Assembly (NCBI GenBank): GCA_963836075.1
Contig: CAWIIB010000001.1
Span: 1,248,001 to 1,312,000, forward strand
Direction: 5' to 3'
Origin: an uncultured Acidobacteriota bacterium
GTDB lineage: Bacteria > Acidobacteriota > JAQAZP01
DNA length: 64,000 nucleotides
Part shown: one piece after another, positions 41,854 through 53,596 of the stretch
Layout of the letters: the number at the start of each line of letters is the position of its first letter
Numbering within the stretch: the stretch's first letter is position 1
The notes under the pieces: generated by a model
Told to the model about the DNA's origin: nothing
The model's input: only the letters and a program-made list of their open reading frames with translations
Database searches by the model: none
Program-made: the position numbers and the translations under genes

Positions 41854-43257
41854 TCAGCCGGTGGAATCGTCGGGGTTGGTGCTGGGGCCGGAGCGCTGCT
41901 CCTCGGCCCAGACACGATCGGCCAGCTCACCGAATTCCCGTGAGTAGCGATCCAGATCACCGGCGATATCACCGAGCAGCAGGTCTGATGTCCCGTCGGA
42001 GGAGCGGGCCTCGGTGCAGGACACGCACTCCCGGAGCACTTCGGGTCGGTCGATTATCTGGCAGGGCCGCATCAGGTTCTTGTCGAATGGCTGGTTGGAC
42101 CGGATCCGCTGCAGATAGGGCGACTTCAGGGCATCCACGAATGAGTGGTCGTGAATGTTGGTATCCGAGAAATGGACAAAGGCGCACGGTTCCACGTCAC
42201 CGCGGTGATTGATGTGGAGATACTTCCTGCCGGCGGAGATACAGCCGCCGGTGAGATGGCCGTCGTTCCAGAAGTCAATGACGCCCATGGGCCTGGTGCT
42301 GCGGATCCGCTTGATGCCCTCGCGCAGCATGAGCCGCTGCTCGGGCAGGCACATCAGGTTCACATCGGGATCGCGGCCCACCGGAACGTAGCTGAAATAC
42401 CAGCCCAGCAGGCAACCCTTATCCTCGTAATAGTCGACAAAATCGTCGCTGGAAACCAGCTCGGCGTTCTGTCGGGTGGCGGTCACCGAAAAACCGAAGA
42501 GCGATTTTGCCTCTTTGAGGATCGCCATGGCGCGGCGGATGGTGGCAAAGTGCCCCTGGCCGCGGCGGAAGTCGGTCTCGCGCTCCAGGCCCTCGACACT
42601 GATGAACGGAACCACGTTTCCCAGCGTGAGAATACGGTCGCAGGTGGCCTCGTCCAGCAGGGTGCCGTTGGTGAACACCCCGAACATGCAGTCATGGTGC
42701 TCTTCGAAAAGATCGAAGAGGTCTTTCCTGAGGAACGGTTCCCCACCAGAGATGAACATCAGGTGGGTTCCCACCGCCTTGACTTCACCCACCACCCGGC
42801 TGAGCAGATCCAGGTCCAACCGTTCGCGTTTTTGATACGTGGCGGCGTAACACCCGGTGCACTTGAGGTTGCAGTCCATCAGCGGGCTGATCAGCACGGC
42901 GCTGGGCGGGTAGACATGGTGATCCTCAAGACACTGCTGCCGCTTCTCGGTACCGAACACCAGGTGGTTGAGCACCAGGTTTTCCATCAGTTTCCGACGG
43001 TAGACCGGGTCGAGGTCGCGGACGATGCGCATGATCCAGGCCAGGCTCGGATGGCCGGCCTCGAACTTGAGCCGCATCTCCCGGATCGCCTTGCGGTAGT
43101 ATTCTTTCCCCGCCACCCGCTCCAGAACGCTGGTCATGCGGATGATGGAGGAATCCGAGGCGTGGGCCAGAAGGGAGCCCAGGGTCAGGATCGTCTTTCG
43201 TTTTCCGAGGTCCTTGAGCTGCTTGAACCGAGCGGGGGCGCTTTGGGGCGCTGCCAT
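41854..43257 (-). CDS. Radical SAM/SPASM-domain protein
   Basis: CNLKCTGCYA, ISGGEP, FTNGTL, GGCISAGRKYLHINHRGDVEPC; start may be up to 43269. Confidence 0.9.
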   Translation of the reverse strand: MAAPQSAPARFKQLKDLGKRKTILTLGSLLAHASDSSIIRMTSVLERVAGKEYYRKAIREMRLKFEAGHPSLAWIMRIVRDLDPVYRRKLMENLVLNHLVFGTEKRQQCLEDHHVYPPSAVLISPLMDCNLKCTGCYAATYQKRERLDLDLLSRVVGEVKAVGTHLMFISGGEPFLRKDLFDLFEEHHDCMFGVFTNGTLLDEATCDRILTLGNVVPFISVEGLERETDFRRGQGHFATIRRAMAILKEAKSLFGFSVTATRQNAELVSSDDFVDYYEDKGCLLGWYFSYVPVGRDPDVNLMCLPEQRLMLREGIKRIRSTRPMGVIDFWNDGHLTGGCISAGRKYLHINHRGDVEPCAFVHFSDTNIHDHSFVDALKSPYLQRIRSNQPFDKNLMRPCQIIDRPEVLRECVSCTEARSSDGTSDLLLGDIAGDLDRYSREFGELADRVWAEEQRSGPSTNPDDSTG

Positions 43258-43463
43258 GGCACTCACCACTTTCCTGATTGCCGCATCATCCGCCTTGGAA
43301 CAACCCTGCCCGCAAGCACCCGCCCGTCTTGAGGAGGTCGAGACCCGAAAAAATCTCTAACCGGGCCTGATGTGAAGAAGATAGCAGAATCACCCGAACC
43401 AAGTCAACGAATCGGGGAAGCGGCCCCGATTCCTCCCCGGCCGGGTGGGAAACGCTGGAGGAT

Positions 43464-43685
43464 TCAGGCCTGCTCCACGACGATTCCCGGGTCCACTTTT
43501 TCCCGCAGCATCCGTTCAATACCGTTCTTCAGGGTCATCTGGGCGCCGGGACAGCCGGCACAGGCCCCCTGGAGCCGCAGTTTGACCACTCCCGAATCTT
43601 CCACTTCCACCAGCTCAACGTCGCCGCCGTCGGCCTGCAGCATGGGCCGGATCTCTTCGATAACCTTTGCTACTTTTTCCTGCAT
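43464..43685 (-). CDS. NifU C-terminal domain (Nfu-type Fe-S carrier) protein
   Basis: IRPMLQADGGDVELV...LQGACAGCP..QMTLKNGIE. Confidence 0.93.
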   Translation of the reverse strand: MQEKVAKVIEEIRPMLQADGGDVELVEVEDSGVVKLRLQGACAGCPGAQMTLKNGIERMLREKVDPGIVVEQA

Positions 43686-43755
43686 GGTCGATCTCCCACT
43701 GGTCGATGTAAACAACATAAAAAGACCGGACCCCCAAGGGTCCGGAACGGATCAG

Positions 43756-43784
43756 AATCTACCACAGCAACCCGGCTGAGTCAA
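43756..43784 (-). promoter_or_regulatory. Putative sigma70 promoter for the nfu gene
   Basis: TTGACT-N17-TAGATT with TG upstream of the -10 on the - strand. Confidence 0.55.
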
Positions 43785-43906
43785 AGCAATGACAACCGCA
43801 GCACAACCGAAACCGCGCGGTTTTGACTCGCTCTCGAGCCCTGTGCTACCATCCGCATTCTTGTCATCTAGCGGGACATCGTGCCCTGCCGGAGGGGAGA
43901 ACGGTA

Positions 43907-44704
43907 ATGGCGGAAACCATACAGCTGGAAATCGCCGGTATCTGCGTGGAATACCGGCTGGGCAGCGAAAAACTGGCCAGGGATATCCGGCACGAGATGG
44001 GCGAATTCCTCTCCGGGGAGCCGGCGGAGCTGTCCCTCGACCTGTCCCTGCTCCAGGAACACCGCTCCCCCGGTTGGCTGCCGCTCTCCCTCACCGAGGA
44101 GGGCAACGAGTTCCGCGTGGACCGACATGACATGAGCTGCCGTATCGACCTCTCCAGCGGGAGTGGATGCGGAGAGATGGCCGAAAACACGTTTGCTTTC
44201 GGCACCTTTCTCCGCGGCCTCTACTCGCGCCTGCTCCTCGACCGCCAGGGAATCATCCTCCACGCCAGCGCCGTGATCAGGAACGGCCAAGCCTACGCCT
44301 TCACCGGCCCCAGCGGCTCGGGGAAAACCACAATTGCCCTGCTGGCCGAGGAGAATCGGCTGATCACCGACGAGCTGCTGATCCTGCGCCGTTCCGCCGG
44401 GGGGGACGTGCAGGTCTGCGGCACACCCTTCATCGGCGACTCGGTGCAGACCGGTCTGAATATCCGGCAGCCGCTGCGGCGGCTGTTCTACCTCCACCAG
44501 GCCCTGGGGAACCGGATCGAACCGATGAAATTGAAGAACGCCATCACCCTGGCCATGGGGCAGGTGATGTTCTTCGACCGGTCGCCGCGGCAGATGACCC
44601 GCCTGCTGGACCTGCTGGGCCAGCTGCTGGCCGATCTCGAACCCTGCGAACTGCACTTCCTGCCTGAGCCCACGGTGTGGGATCTCATTGACCGTCTGGG
44701 ATGA
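43907..44704 (+). CDS. HPr-kinase-related P-loop protein (ScmC/lasso-cluster kinase-like)
   Basis: ILHASAV...AFTGPSGSGKTT...ITDE...GTPF. Confidence 0.75.
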   Translation: MAETIQLEIAGICVEYRLGSEKLARDIRHEMGEFLSGEPAELSLDLSLLQEHRSPGWLPLSLTEEGNEFRVDRHDMSCRIDLSSGSGCGEMAENTFAFGTFLRGLYSRLLLDRQGIILHASAVIRNGQAYAFTGPSGSGKTTIALLAEENRLITDELLILRRSAGGDVQVCGTPFIGDSVQTGLNIRQPLRRLFYLHQALGNRIEPMKLKNAITLAMGQVMFFDRSPRQMTRLLDLLGQLLADLEPCELHFLPEPTVWDLIDRLG

Positions 44705-46044
44705 GGGGGACCGGCGTGATGGCCCAGGACGTATTCAACCTTGCCCGTACCCGGATGGTGGAGCTGTGCGGAATCCGCCTGCCCCAGGGCCTGGGGGAAA
44801 ACCTGGTGCGGGAGACGCAGACCGGAGCGCTCAACTGGAACCTGGTGATGGCGCTGGCCTCCCGTAACCGGACCGTTTCATTTCTCCACGCAGCGATAAA
44901 AAAGCTGGGTGTGGCCGACCGGCTGCCCCGGCCGCTGACCGAGCATCTCCGGCAGGAATACCTTCACAACTACCAGCGCAACCTCGCCTTCGAGAGCGAG
45001 GTCAAGCAGCTGCTGGAGAGCTTCAGGGCGGCGGACCTGCCGCTGATCGTGCTCCGCGGGGTGATGATGTCGGAAAAGGTGTTCGGCAATCCGGCGCTGC
45101 GCACCAGCAACGACATCGACATCCTGATCCGCCGCCGGGACCTGCCCCGGATCAAGGAAACAGTGCACCCGCTCGGTTTTGTCCAGGACCCGCGGTCCCT
45201 GGACGACGAGTTCTACGAACGGCACCACCTGCACCTGCCGTATCTCAAAAGGGAGCGCCTGGTGCTGCTGGAAATCCACTGGAGCTACGACCACAAATAC
45301 ACGCCATTCAACATCGACACCGCGGCCACCTTCCACAGTGCACGCACCATCGACTACCAGGGCATGGAAGCGCTGGAGCTGGGCCCGGAAGACCTGCTGG
45401 TGATGCTCTGCCTGCACGCCTTCAAGCACTCCTGCTCGATCAAGTACACCCATGGCCGGCCCGAGGCCGAAGAGATGGTGCTCTCCGACGGCGCATTGAT
45501 GCAGTTCCTCGACCTGCAGTACGGTATCGAGTATGCCAGGCCGGACATCGACTGGGAGTTGATGCGCGCCCGGGTGGCCGACTGGAACCTGCAGGTCCCG
45601 GTGCTTGCCGCGCTGCGGGTGATGGAGTCGTTCTTCCGCCACGACCCGCAGAGCCGCGTGCCGGAACTGCCCGGCGACCCCCCGGTGGGCCGCCTCGAGC
45701 GCGCCTGCTTCTCCGCCCTCTCCGGGATGATGCTCCCGACACGACAACAGCAGCAGAACCAGGGCGGGCTTTACCGCCGCTTCGACAAAATCACCAAGGT
45801 CTTCTTCTTCAACACCGTGCGGCTCTTCGACATCGTGTCATACATCATCCCCTCGCCAGGATTCCTCCGGGGCCGCTATCCCCGGTGGCCGAAAACGCTG
45901 CTGCCCCTGCTCTACCCCTGGCACCTGCTGGTCTTTGCCGGCCAGGCCGCGCTGAACCTGCTGGACATGGTCCGCTTCGCTGTCCGCAAAAAGCTTCGTG
46001 GGCCGGTGGAATCACCCTTTGGACCGCCGGCGACCAAGGGTTGA
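44701..46044 (+). CDS. Nucleotidyltransferase family protein (NTP_transf_5-like)
   Basis: LRG...R..NDIDILI...LEIHW...LCLHAFKH; ATGA overlap with the upstream gene. Confidence 0.82.
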   Translation: MRGTGVMAQDVFNLARTRMVELCGIRLPQGLGENLVRETQTGALNWNLVMALASRNRTVSFLHAAIKKLGVADRLPRPLTEHLRQEYLHNYQRNLAFESEVKQLLESFRAADLPLIVLRGVMMSEKVFGNPALRTSNDIDILIRRRDLPRIKETVHPLGFVQDPRSLDDEFYERHHLHLPYLKRERLVLLEIHWSYDHKYTPFNIDTAATFHSARTIDYQGMEALELGPEDLLVMLCLHAFKHSCSIKYTHGRPEAEEMVLSDGALMQFLDLQYGIEYARPDIDWELMRARVADWNLQVPVLAALRVMESFFRHDPQSRVPELPGDPPVGRLERACFSALSGMMLPTRQQQQNQGGLYRRFDKITKVFFFNTVRLFDIVSYIIPSPGFLRGRYPRWPKTLLPLLYPWHLLVFAGQAALNLLDMVRFAVRKKLRGPVESPFGPPATKG

Positions 46045-46120
46045 CAGGGCCCGAAGGTTGACCTATTCTGGCCACGGAACTATTTCACTCTTCACGAGTT
46101 ACCCCTGATTGAGAGGCGAC

Positions 46121-47494
46121 ATGCGAACCATATTCGAGCCCTACCGCGTCAAGATGGTGGAACCGATCCGGATGACCACCCGTGCCGAACGGGAAGAGAT
46201 CATCCGCACGGCCGGCTACAACCTCTTCCTGGTCAAGTCCGAGGACGTGATCTTCGACTTTCTCACCGACTCGGGAACCGGCGCGATGAGCGCGGCACAG
46301 TGGGCCGCACTGATGCTCGGTGACGAGAGCTATGCCGGCTCCCCCAGCTTCTACCGTTTTGAAGAGAAGGTCCGCCAGTTGACCGGGTATGAGCACGTAA
46401 TCCCCACCCACCAGGGCCGGGCGGCGGAGACGATCCTTTTCGCCGTCACCGGCGGCAAGGGCAAGGCGGTGCCGAACAACAACCACTTCGACACCACCCG
46501 GGCCAACATCGAGTACACCGGCGCCGACGCCGTGGACCTGGTGATCGCCGAGGGGAAGGACCCCCAGTTGGACTACCCGTTCAAGGGGAACATCGACCAC
46601 GACGCGCTGGAGAGCTTCATCGCTTCCCGGGGTACGGAAAACATCCCCCTGGGGATGACCACGGTGACCAACAACTCCGGTGGCGGCCAGCCGGTCTCCA
46701 TGGCCAACATCCGGCGGACCTCGGAGATCCTCAAATCCCACGGGATCCCCTTCTTCCTCGACGCCTGCCGCTTTGCCGAAAACTCTTACTTCATCAAGCT
46801 TCGCGAGCCGGGCTATGCGGACAAGAATGTACGTGACATCGCCCGGGAGATGTTCGACCTGGCCGACGGCTGCACCATGAGCGCCAAGAAGGACGGCCTG
46901 GTGAACATCGGCGGCTTCCTGGCCCTGCGTGACGGGGACCTGGCCGCCAAGTGCCGCGACCTGCTGATCCTCCACGAGGGTTTCCCCACTTACGGCGGCC
47001 TGGCCGGCCGCGACCTGGAGGCCATCGCCCAGGGGCTGGAGGAGGTGCTGGACGAGAACTACCTGCAGTACCGGCTGGCGGTGACCCGCTACCTCACCGA
47101 GGGGCTGAACTCACGCGGATTCCCCACCCTGCAGCCCCCGGGCGGCCATGCGGTCTATCTCGACGCCGCCGGTTTCCTGCCCCACATCCCGCCGGAGCAG
47201 TTCCCGGGCCAGGCCCTGTCGGTGGAGCTCTATCTGGCGGGCGGTATCCGCTCGGTGGAGATCGGCAGCGTGATGTTCGGCAAGCGGGACAAGCAGACCG
47301 GCGGGTTCATCCCGGCCAGCATGGAGCTGGTGCGCATGGCCATGCCGCGGCGGGTCTACACCCAGAGCCACGCCGACTGCGTGCTGGAATCGGTGGAAGC
47401 GATCGTGGAGAACAAGTCGAAGATGCGGGGGATGAAGATCGTCTACGAACCGGACTTCCTGCGGCATTTTACCGCGCGTTTCGAGTGGGTGTAG
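46121..47494 (+). CDS. tnaA: Tryptophanase (beta-eliminating lyase; tyrosine phenol-lyase not excluded)
   Basis: EPYRVKMVEPI, DFLTDSGTGAMS, PTHQGRAAE, MSAKKD (PLP Lys), PRRVYTQSH, LRHFTARF. Confidence 0.9.
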   Translation: MRTIFEPYRVKMVEPIRMTTRAEREEIIRTAGYNLFLVKSEDVIFDFLTDSGTGAMSAAQWAALMLGDESYAGSPSFYRFEEKVRQLTGYEHVIPTHQGRAAETILFAVTGGKGKAVPNNNHFDTTRANIEYTGADAVDLVIAEGKDPQLDYPFKGNIDHDALESFIASRGTENIPLGMTTVTNNSGGGQPVSMANIRRTSEILKSHGIPFFLDACRFAENSYFIKLREPGYADKNVRDIAREMFDLADGCTMSAKKDGLVNIGGFLALRDGDLAAKCRDLLILHEGFPTYGGLAGRDLEAIAQGLEEVLDENYLQYRLAVTRYLTEGLNSRGFPTLQPPGGHAVYLDAAGFLPHIPPEQFPGQALSVELYLAGGIRSVEIGSVMFGKRDKQTGGFIPASMELVRMAMPRRVYTQSHADCVLESVEAIVENKSKMRGMKIVYEPDFLRHFTARFEWV

Positions 47495-47497
47495 TAG

Positions 47498-48529
47498 TTA
47501 GTCGCTGATCTTCAGCACCACTTTGCCGAACTGCTTGCCCGCCTCGAGGTATTCCTGTGCCTGACGGCCCTCCTGCAGGGGGAAGACCCGGTCGATCACC
47601 GGCCGCAGACCGGCCTGGCCGACAAAGGCGAGCATATCCCTGAACTCGCCCCGGCTGCCCATGGTGGAGCCGAGCACCGAGAGCTGGTTCCAGAAGATCC
47701 GGGCCACGTCGGTCCTGGGGTTCGGCCCGCTGGTGGCGCCGCAGGTGACCAGCCGCCCCCCCTTGCGCAGGGCGTGCAGGCTGGCCTTCCAGGTGGCGGC
47801 GCCCACGTTGTCCAGCACCACGTCCACCCCCCGCCCGCCGGTGAGCCGCCGGACCTCCCGGGCCACGTTCTCGCAGGCGGTGTAGTCGATGCCCTTCCAG
47901 GCCCCCAGGTCCGCCGCCCGGCCCAGCTTCTCCGCCGAGCTGGAGGTGACGATGGTCCGCAGGCCCATCGCCCGGCCGAGGATCAGCGCGGCACAGGCCA
48001 CCCCGCCGCCGATGCCGTGGATCAGCACCGTCTCTCCGGGGAGCGCCGCGGCACGGGTGACCAGCATCCGCCAGGCGGTGATGAAGGTCAGGGGAAAGGC
48101 GGCCGCCTCCTCGAACCCCATGCCCTCGGGAACCGGGTGGACATTGGGCCAGGGCACGGCCACGTAATCGGCAAACGTGCCGTCGGTCCCCTCCCCCAGC
48201 AGCTTGAAGTCCACACAGAGGCTCTGCTCACCCCGGAGACAGAACTCGCAGCGCCCGCAGCCCAGGCTGGGGTCGAAACAGACCGCCTGCCCCGGCTCCA
48301 GGCCATTTACCCCCGGGCCCACCCGTTCCACCACTCCCGATCCGTCGGCCCCCTGAATGGAGGGATAACTGGCGCCGGGGAGACCCCGCCGGACCCAGAG
48401 GTCAAGATGGTTCAGCGCGGCGCAACGCATGCGCACCAGCACCTGGCCCGGTGCGGGCGCTGGCACATCCCGCTCCTCCAGCCACACCATTTCCGGGCCG
48501 CCCGGGGCAGTCACGATCAGGGCTCTCAT
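47498..48529 (-). CDS. Zinc-binding alcohol dehydrogenase / MDR family oxidoreductase
   Basis: ALNHLDLW, CGRCEFCLRGEQSLC, GIGGGVA, CGATSG, GSTMG, FGKVVL. Confidence 0.92.
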   Translation of the reverse strand: MRALIVTAPGGPEMVWLEERDVPAPAPGQVLVRMRCAALNHLDLWVRRGLPGASYPSIQGADGSGVVERVGPGVNGLEPGQAVCFDPSLGCGRCEFCLRGEQSLCVDFKLLGEGTDGTFADYVAVPWPNVHPVPEGMGFEEAAAFPLTFITAWRMLVTRAAALPGETVLIHGIGGGVACAALILGRAMGLRTIVTSSSAEKLGRAADLGAWKGIDYTACENVAREVRRLTGGRGVDVVLDNVGAATWKASLHALRKGGRLVTCGATSGPNPRTDVARIFWNQLSVLGSTMGSRGEFRDMLAFVGQAGLRPVIDRVFPLQEGRQAQEYLEAGKQFGKVVLKISD

Positions 48530-48554
48530 GACGGAATTCCTCCTGCGGTTTCAC

Positions 48555-51527
48555 TTACTCCGGCTTGAGCACCGCCCCCTGGGCCGTGCGCCCGTCGATC
48601 CGGATCTCCAGGGCAGAGTCGAGACGGACGTGGCGGATAAAACGGGATTCGGCCGCCGCGGGCAGGCTGTCCAGCCAGGACCAGTTAATGAAATGGTGCT
48701 CCTGTTGGCGCCGGATGGTCAGATACCCGATCTGCAGGGCGGTGAGGTTCTGGAAGAAATGGGTTCCCTGGGACGGCTTGACCCGGAAGTCCTTCAACTC
48801 GGCTTCGACGATCACCCGTGCCTCCGAGATCTGGTCCCAGTCAACCGGGATGCCCAGCCAGGGGTCGGCGGTTCCCCACCGCCCCGGCCCGATGAGCAGG
48901 TAGGACCGGCCCTCCTCTTTCAGCTGGAAATTGAGCCGCCCCACCTCCTCGGCAATGGCCACGGTCTGGCCGGCATCGAAGGTGTCCGGCCTGACGTAGA
49001 TGATGTCCCCCACGTCCTCGTAGATCCCGGTGCCCAGGGCGGTGCTGGTGGAGCAGACCAGTTGTTCTTTCGCCAATTGCTCCAGGTCCAGTGCGCTGTT
49101 CTCCCTGGCCGACGCCATGGGACGGATCTGCAGAAATCCAAAACGGCGTGGCTGGCCGGGAGCCGTGTCCATGTCCACGGCGAATTCCAGTTCAACGTGG
49201 CACCCCATGCCCTTCTCCCCCAGCTGCAACAGGTAGCAGAGAATCTCGGGCAAAGGGAAGATGCCGGTCTTCAACACGTGGGCAAAGGTGACCAGCGGCA
49301 CCCCCGGCCGGTGTACGCCATCGCTGATGGAATCGTTCTCCGGCGAATAGATCGACCCCACGTGGGCCAGCGGCCCGTCCTGCCGGGCCGCGTCCAGTTC
49401 CAGGCGGAGGATCCCCGCGTCCGGGTCAAGCCCCGGCATTCGCCCGGGCTGGCTCATGTCCAGGGCAAAGAAATCGCGCTGTGAATTCTCCAGCACATCG
49501 TCCGTGGACGAAAACTGGGGCAGAATCCGCGGCTGCTCGGGGCTGAACCGCAGAACGTTCCCGCCCTCCACCACCATCTTGCCCAGGCCCAGGGCCACCA
49601 GTGCCACCCCGTCCTCGGCAAGCATCCCGGTCACCGGATAGAAGTTGTGCGAGTGAGCCACACCGGCAAAGGAGGGATAGGCCCGCTGGCCGAAGCACTG
49701 CCCCACCACCTTCTGCAGCACCACGGCCATCTTCTCTTCCTCTGTGCGGCTGCCGGTGGCCCGGAGGTAGGCCTTGGCGGCCTTGAAGTAGGTCGAGGCG
49801 TATACCAGTTTGATCGCCGCGCAGAGCTGGTCCAGACGGACCTCCAGGTCCTCGTGGTTGTTGGCGATCATATAGGTGCTGTAGATGCCGGCAAAGGGCT
49901 GGTACTGCGAGTCCTCCAGCAGGCTCGAGGAACGGATGGCCAGCGGGTAATCCACATGTTCGAGGAAGACGCGCAGGTCGTCGCTGATCCCCGGGGGCAT
50001 CCGGGCATGGAGAAAGGCCGTGGCGATCTCCTCGTCCTTTACCGATCCCAGGGCGATGGCGTGCAGGCGGTTGTGCTCAATGAACTCGTCGAAGATGTCG
50101 GTGCCGATGACCGCCATGGACGGCACCTCCACCCGCACCCCCTCGAATTTTCGCTGCACCTCGTATTCGGCCAGCATGGCGTTGATAAAGGCCAGCCCCC
50201 GGGCCTTGCCCCCCAGAGAACCGCCGCCGATCCGCACGCAGGTAAAGCTGGCGTCGAAGTTCAGACGCGAGAACTCGGCGATCACCCCGCGCTGGATCAG
50301 TTCGCGGTGCTCGGAAAATGTACGGATCAGATAGTTCCGCAGTTCGTCGATGGTGGCGAACTCGGAGATCCCCACCGGGCGGATCATCGAGGCCAGGGTG
50401 AACTCGGTGCGGGCACGGAGCCAGTGGGAAAAGTGGTTGCGGCTGGCATGGTATTGCAGCGACTCCTCGGAAATCGTGCGCAGGGTGTCCACCATGCTCC
50501 GCAGGTCCGCGGCCCGGCCGACCTCGTGACCGTCGGGGGAGCGAAAGACGAAATCGCCGAATCCCAGGTGGGAGAGCAGGAACCGGCGCAGTTCGAAGAG
50601 CAGGTGTGCCGACCCCTTGTTGATGAACGAGACTCCCAGACGATGGGCAATCTCGGCCAGTTCCAGGTTCGAGGTCTGGAGCACGCAGGCCAGACCTGGA
50701 TCGGCCTCCTTGATCAGCCGCAGGAAGGTCAGACCGGCCGCCGCCTCCTTGACCCCGCCCATTGGAAACCGGGCATCGGAGATCACCCCAAGCAGGTATT
50801 TGCGGTAGCGGGAGAAGAGTTCCACACCCTCCTCGAAGGTATTGGCCAGCAGGATTTTGGGCCGGGCCCTCATCCGCAGCAGCTTGTGGCTCATGTTGAC
50901 CCCTTCCTCCATCAGGGACTGAGTCTGTTTCATCACCTCGGTATAGATCAGGGGGAGGAAAGATGAGTAGAAGCGGACCGAATCCTCCACCAGGAGGATC
51001 ACCCGGACCTCGCCGCTGCTGGTGTCGTTATCCACGTTCATCCGGTCCTCGGCCAGTTTGATCATGGCCAGCAGTATCCGCACGTCGCCGGTCCAGAGGA
51101 AGATGCCGGAAAAATCACCCAGGGCCCGGCGGTCCTGCATCCGGGTCAGCTCCCGCAGGTGGTAGGCCAGCAACATGATGGTCAGGTCGGGGGCAAGGGT
51201 CTTCACCTCCCGGCTGAACGAGGCCGGGTCCATGTCGCCCAGCCTGCTGGCGGTGATCACCAGGTCGTATTTCTGCTTGGCGATCCGCTCCAGGGCATGG
51301 CCGGCGCTGGAAACCCTGTCCATGACCGGGGGTTGGCTGAGGTTCAACTCGAGGTATTCACAACTCAGCAGGTCGGAGAGCCGTCCATCCTCTTCGAGGA
51401 TATACGAATCGTAGAGGCTGGAGACCAGAAGGATCTTCTGCACCCGCCGGCTCATCAGGTGCTGGAAACCGGCGAAGTGGCGGCCCACGCCACCGGGAAG
51501 TTGCGGCAGGTGTATGCGGTCTTCCAT
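48555..51527 (-). CDS. Receiver-like domains fused to a PEP/pyruvate-binding (PPDK_N ATP-grasp) domain
   Basis: ILLVSSLYD, VILLVEDS, GVISDARFP; GSLGGKARGL, AIRSSSLLEDS, FAGIYSTY, ELEFAV, FLQIRPM, SQGTHFFQN. Confidence 0.9.
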   Translation of the reverse strand: MEDRIHLPQLPGGVGRHFAGFQHLMSRRVQKILLVSSLYDSYILEEDGRLSDLLSCEYLELNLSQPPVMDRVSSAGHALERIAKQKYDLVITASRLGDMDPASFSREVKTLAPDLTIMLLAYHLRELTRMQDRRALGDFSGIFLWTGDVRILLAMIKLAEDRMNVDNDTSSGEVRVILLVEDSVRFYSSFLPLIYTEVMKQTQSLMEEGVNMSHKLLRMRARPKILLANTFEEGVELFSRYRKYLLGVISDARFPMGGVKEAAAGLTFLRLIKEADPGLACVLQTSNLELAEIAHRLGVSFINKGSAHLLFELRRFLLSHLGFGDFVFRSPDGHEVGRAADLRSMVDTLRTISEESLQYHASRNHFSHWLRARTEFTLASMIRPVGISEFATIDELRNYLIRTFSEHRELIQRGVIAEFSRLNFDASFTCVRIGGGSLGGKARGLAFINAMLAEYEVQRKFEGVRVEVPSMAVIGTDIFDEFIEHNRLHAIALGSVKDEEIATAFLHARMPPGISDDLRVFLEHVDYPLAIRSSSLLEDSQYQPFAGIYSTYMIANNHEDLEVRLDQLCAAIKLVYASTYFKAAKAYLRATGSRTEEEKMAVVLQKVVGQCFGQRAYPSFAGVAHSHNFYPVTGMLAEDGVALVALGLGKMVVEGGNVLRFSPEQPRILPQFSSTDDVLENSQRDFFALDMSQPGRMPGLDPDAGILRLELDAARQDGPLAHVGSIYSPENDSISDGVHRPGVPLVTFAHVLKTGIFPLPEILCYLLQLGEKGMGCHVELEFAVDMDTAPGQPRRFGFLQIRPMASARENSALDLEQLAKEQLVCSTSTALGTGIYEDVGDIIYVRPDTFDAGQTVAIAEEVGRLNFQLKEEGRSYLLIGPGRWGTADPWLGIPVDWDQISEARVIVEAELKDFRVKPSQGTHFFQNLTALQIGYLTIRRQQEHHFINWSWLDSLPAAAESRFIRHVRLDSALEIRIDGRTAQGAVLKPE

Positions 51528-51876
51528 GAGCTTCACCCGGTTCCGCCTGGCGGAATATCGTCCGCCGGCACCGTGCATTGGTCATCGTTTCCGGGAAGGG
51601 TTGACCGATCAAGCATAATACGGTGGCTGCAGGACTTCAACAGACCAGAGCGGCCCGGAAAACCGGCCCCACCGTCACCAGGGGTAACCGGCGGGCGCCG
51701 GAAAAGAAATTCGGCATGGCCGCAGTGATTGGCAGCAACGAACAATGCTTTTACAAACAACAACTTAGAGCGAAACACGGAAAACCGGCCGCAGAGCGGG
51801 AACGCTTTGACAATCATGGTTGCCGATCATTATAATGGCACCTTCGTTGAGCGCCCCCCCCGGGGCCATGTGATAG

Positions 51877-53388
<1,512 letters not shown>

Positions 53389-53414
53389 ACCGGACCATTT
53401 GATCAGACTTTCTG

Positions 53415-53446
53415 ATGCCGGCCCCGCCAGGGGCCGGCATTTTTTT
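53415..53446 (+). terminator. Intrinsic terminator of gdhA
   Basis: ATGCCGGCCCC-gcca-GGGGCCGGCAT followed by a T run. Confidence 0.9.
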
Positions 53447-53488
53447 AGCCCATTGCAAACGTCAATTGGGCGGTTGACGGGCAAGGCG

Positions 53489-53518
53489 TTGACTTGCCCC
53501 CGGGTCGATGGGTAAAAT
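53489..53518 (+). promoter_or_regulatory. Putative sigma70 promoter upstream of the foldase gene
   Basis: TTGACT-N18-TAAAAT. Confidence 0.5.
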
Positions 53519-53596
53519 TCACTGTTATTGAAAAAACACCATGTCACGAGGTTATTCACCGATCGCCGTCCCTTCTCCGGACGGGTGGTGATCGCG

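Noticed and set aside
46045-46120. TnaC-like leader peptide upstream of tnaA
   Set aside because: The intergenic region is short and has no Trp-containing uORF.
51836-51852. Possible sigma54 promoter TGGCAC-N5-TTGA upstream of gdhA
   Set aside because: The -12 element reads GA rather than the conserved GC, so support is too weak.
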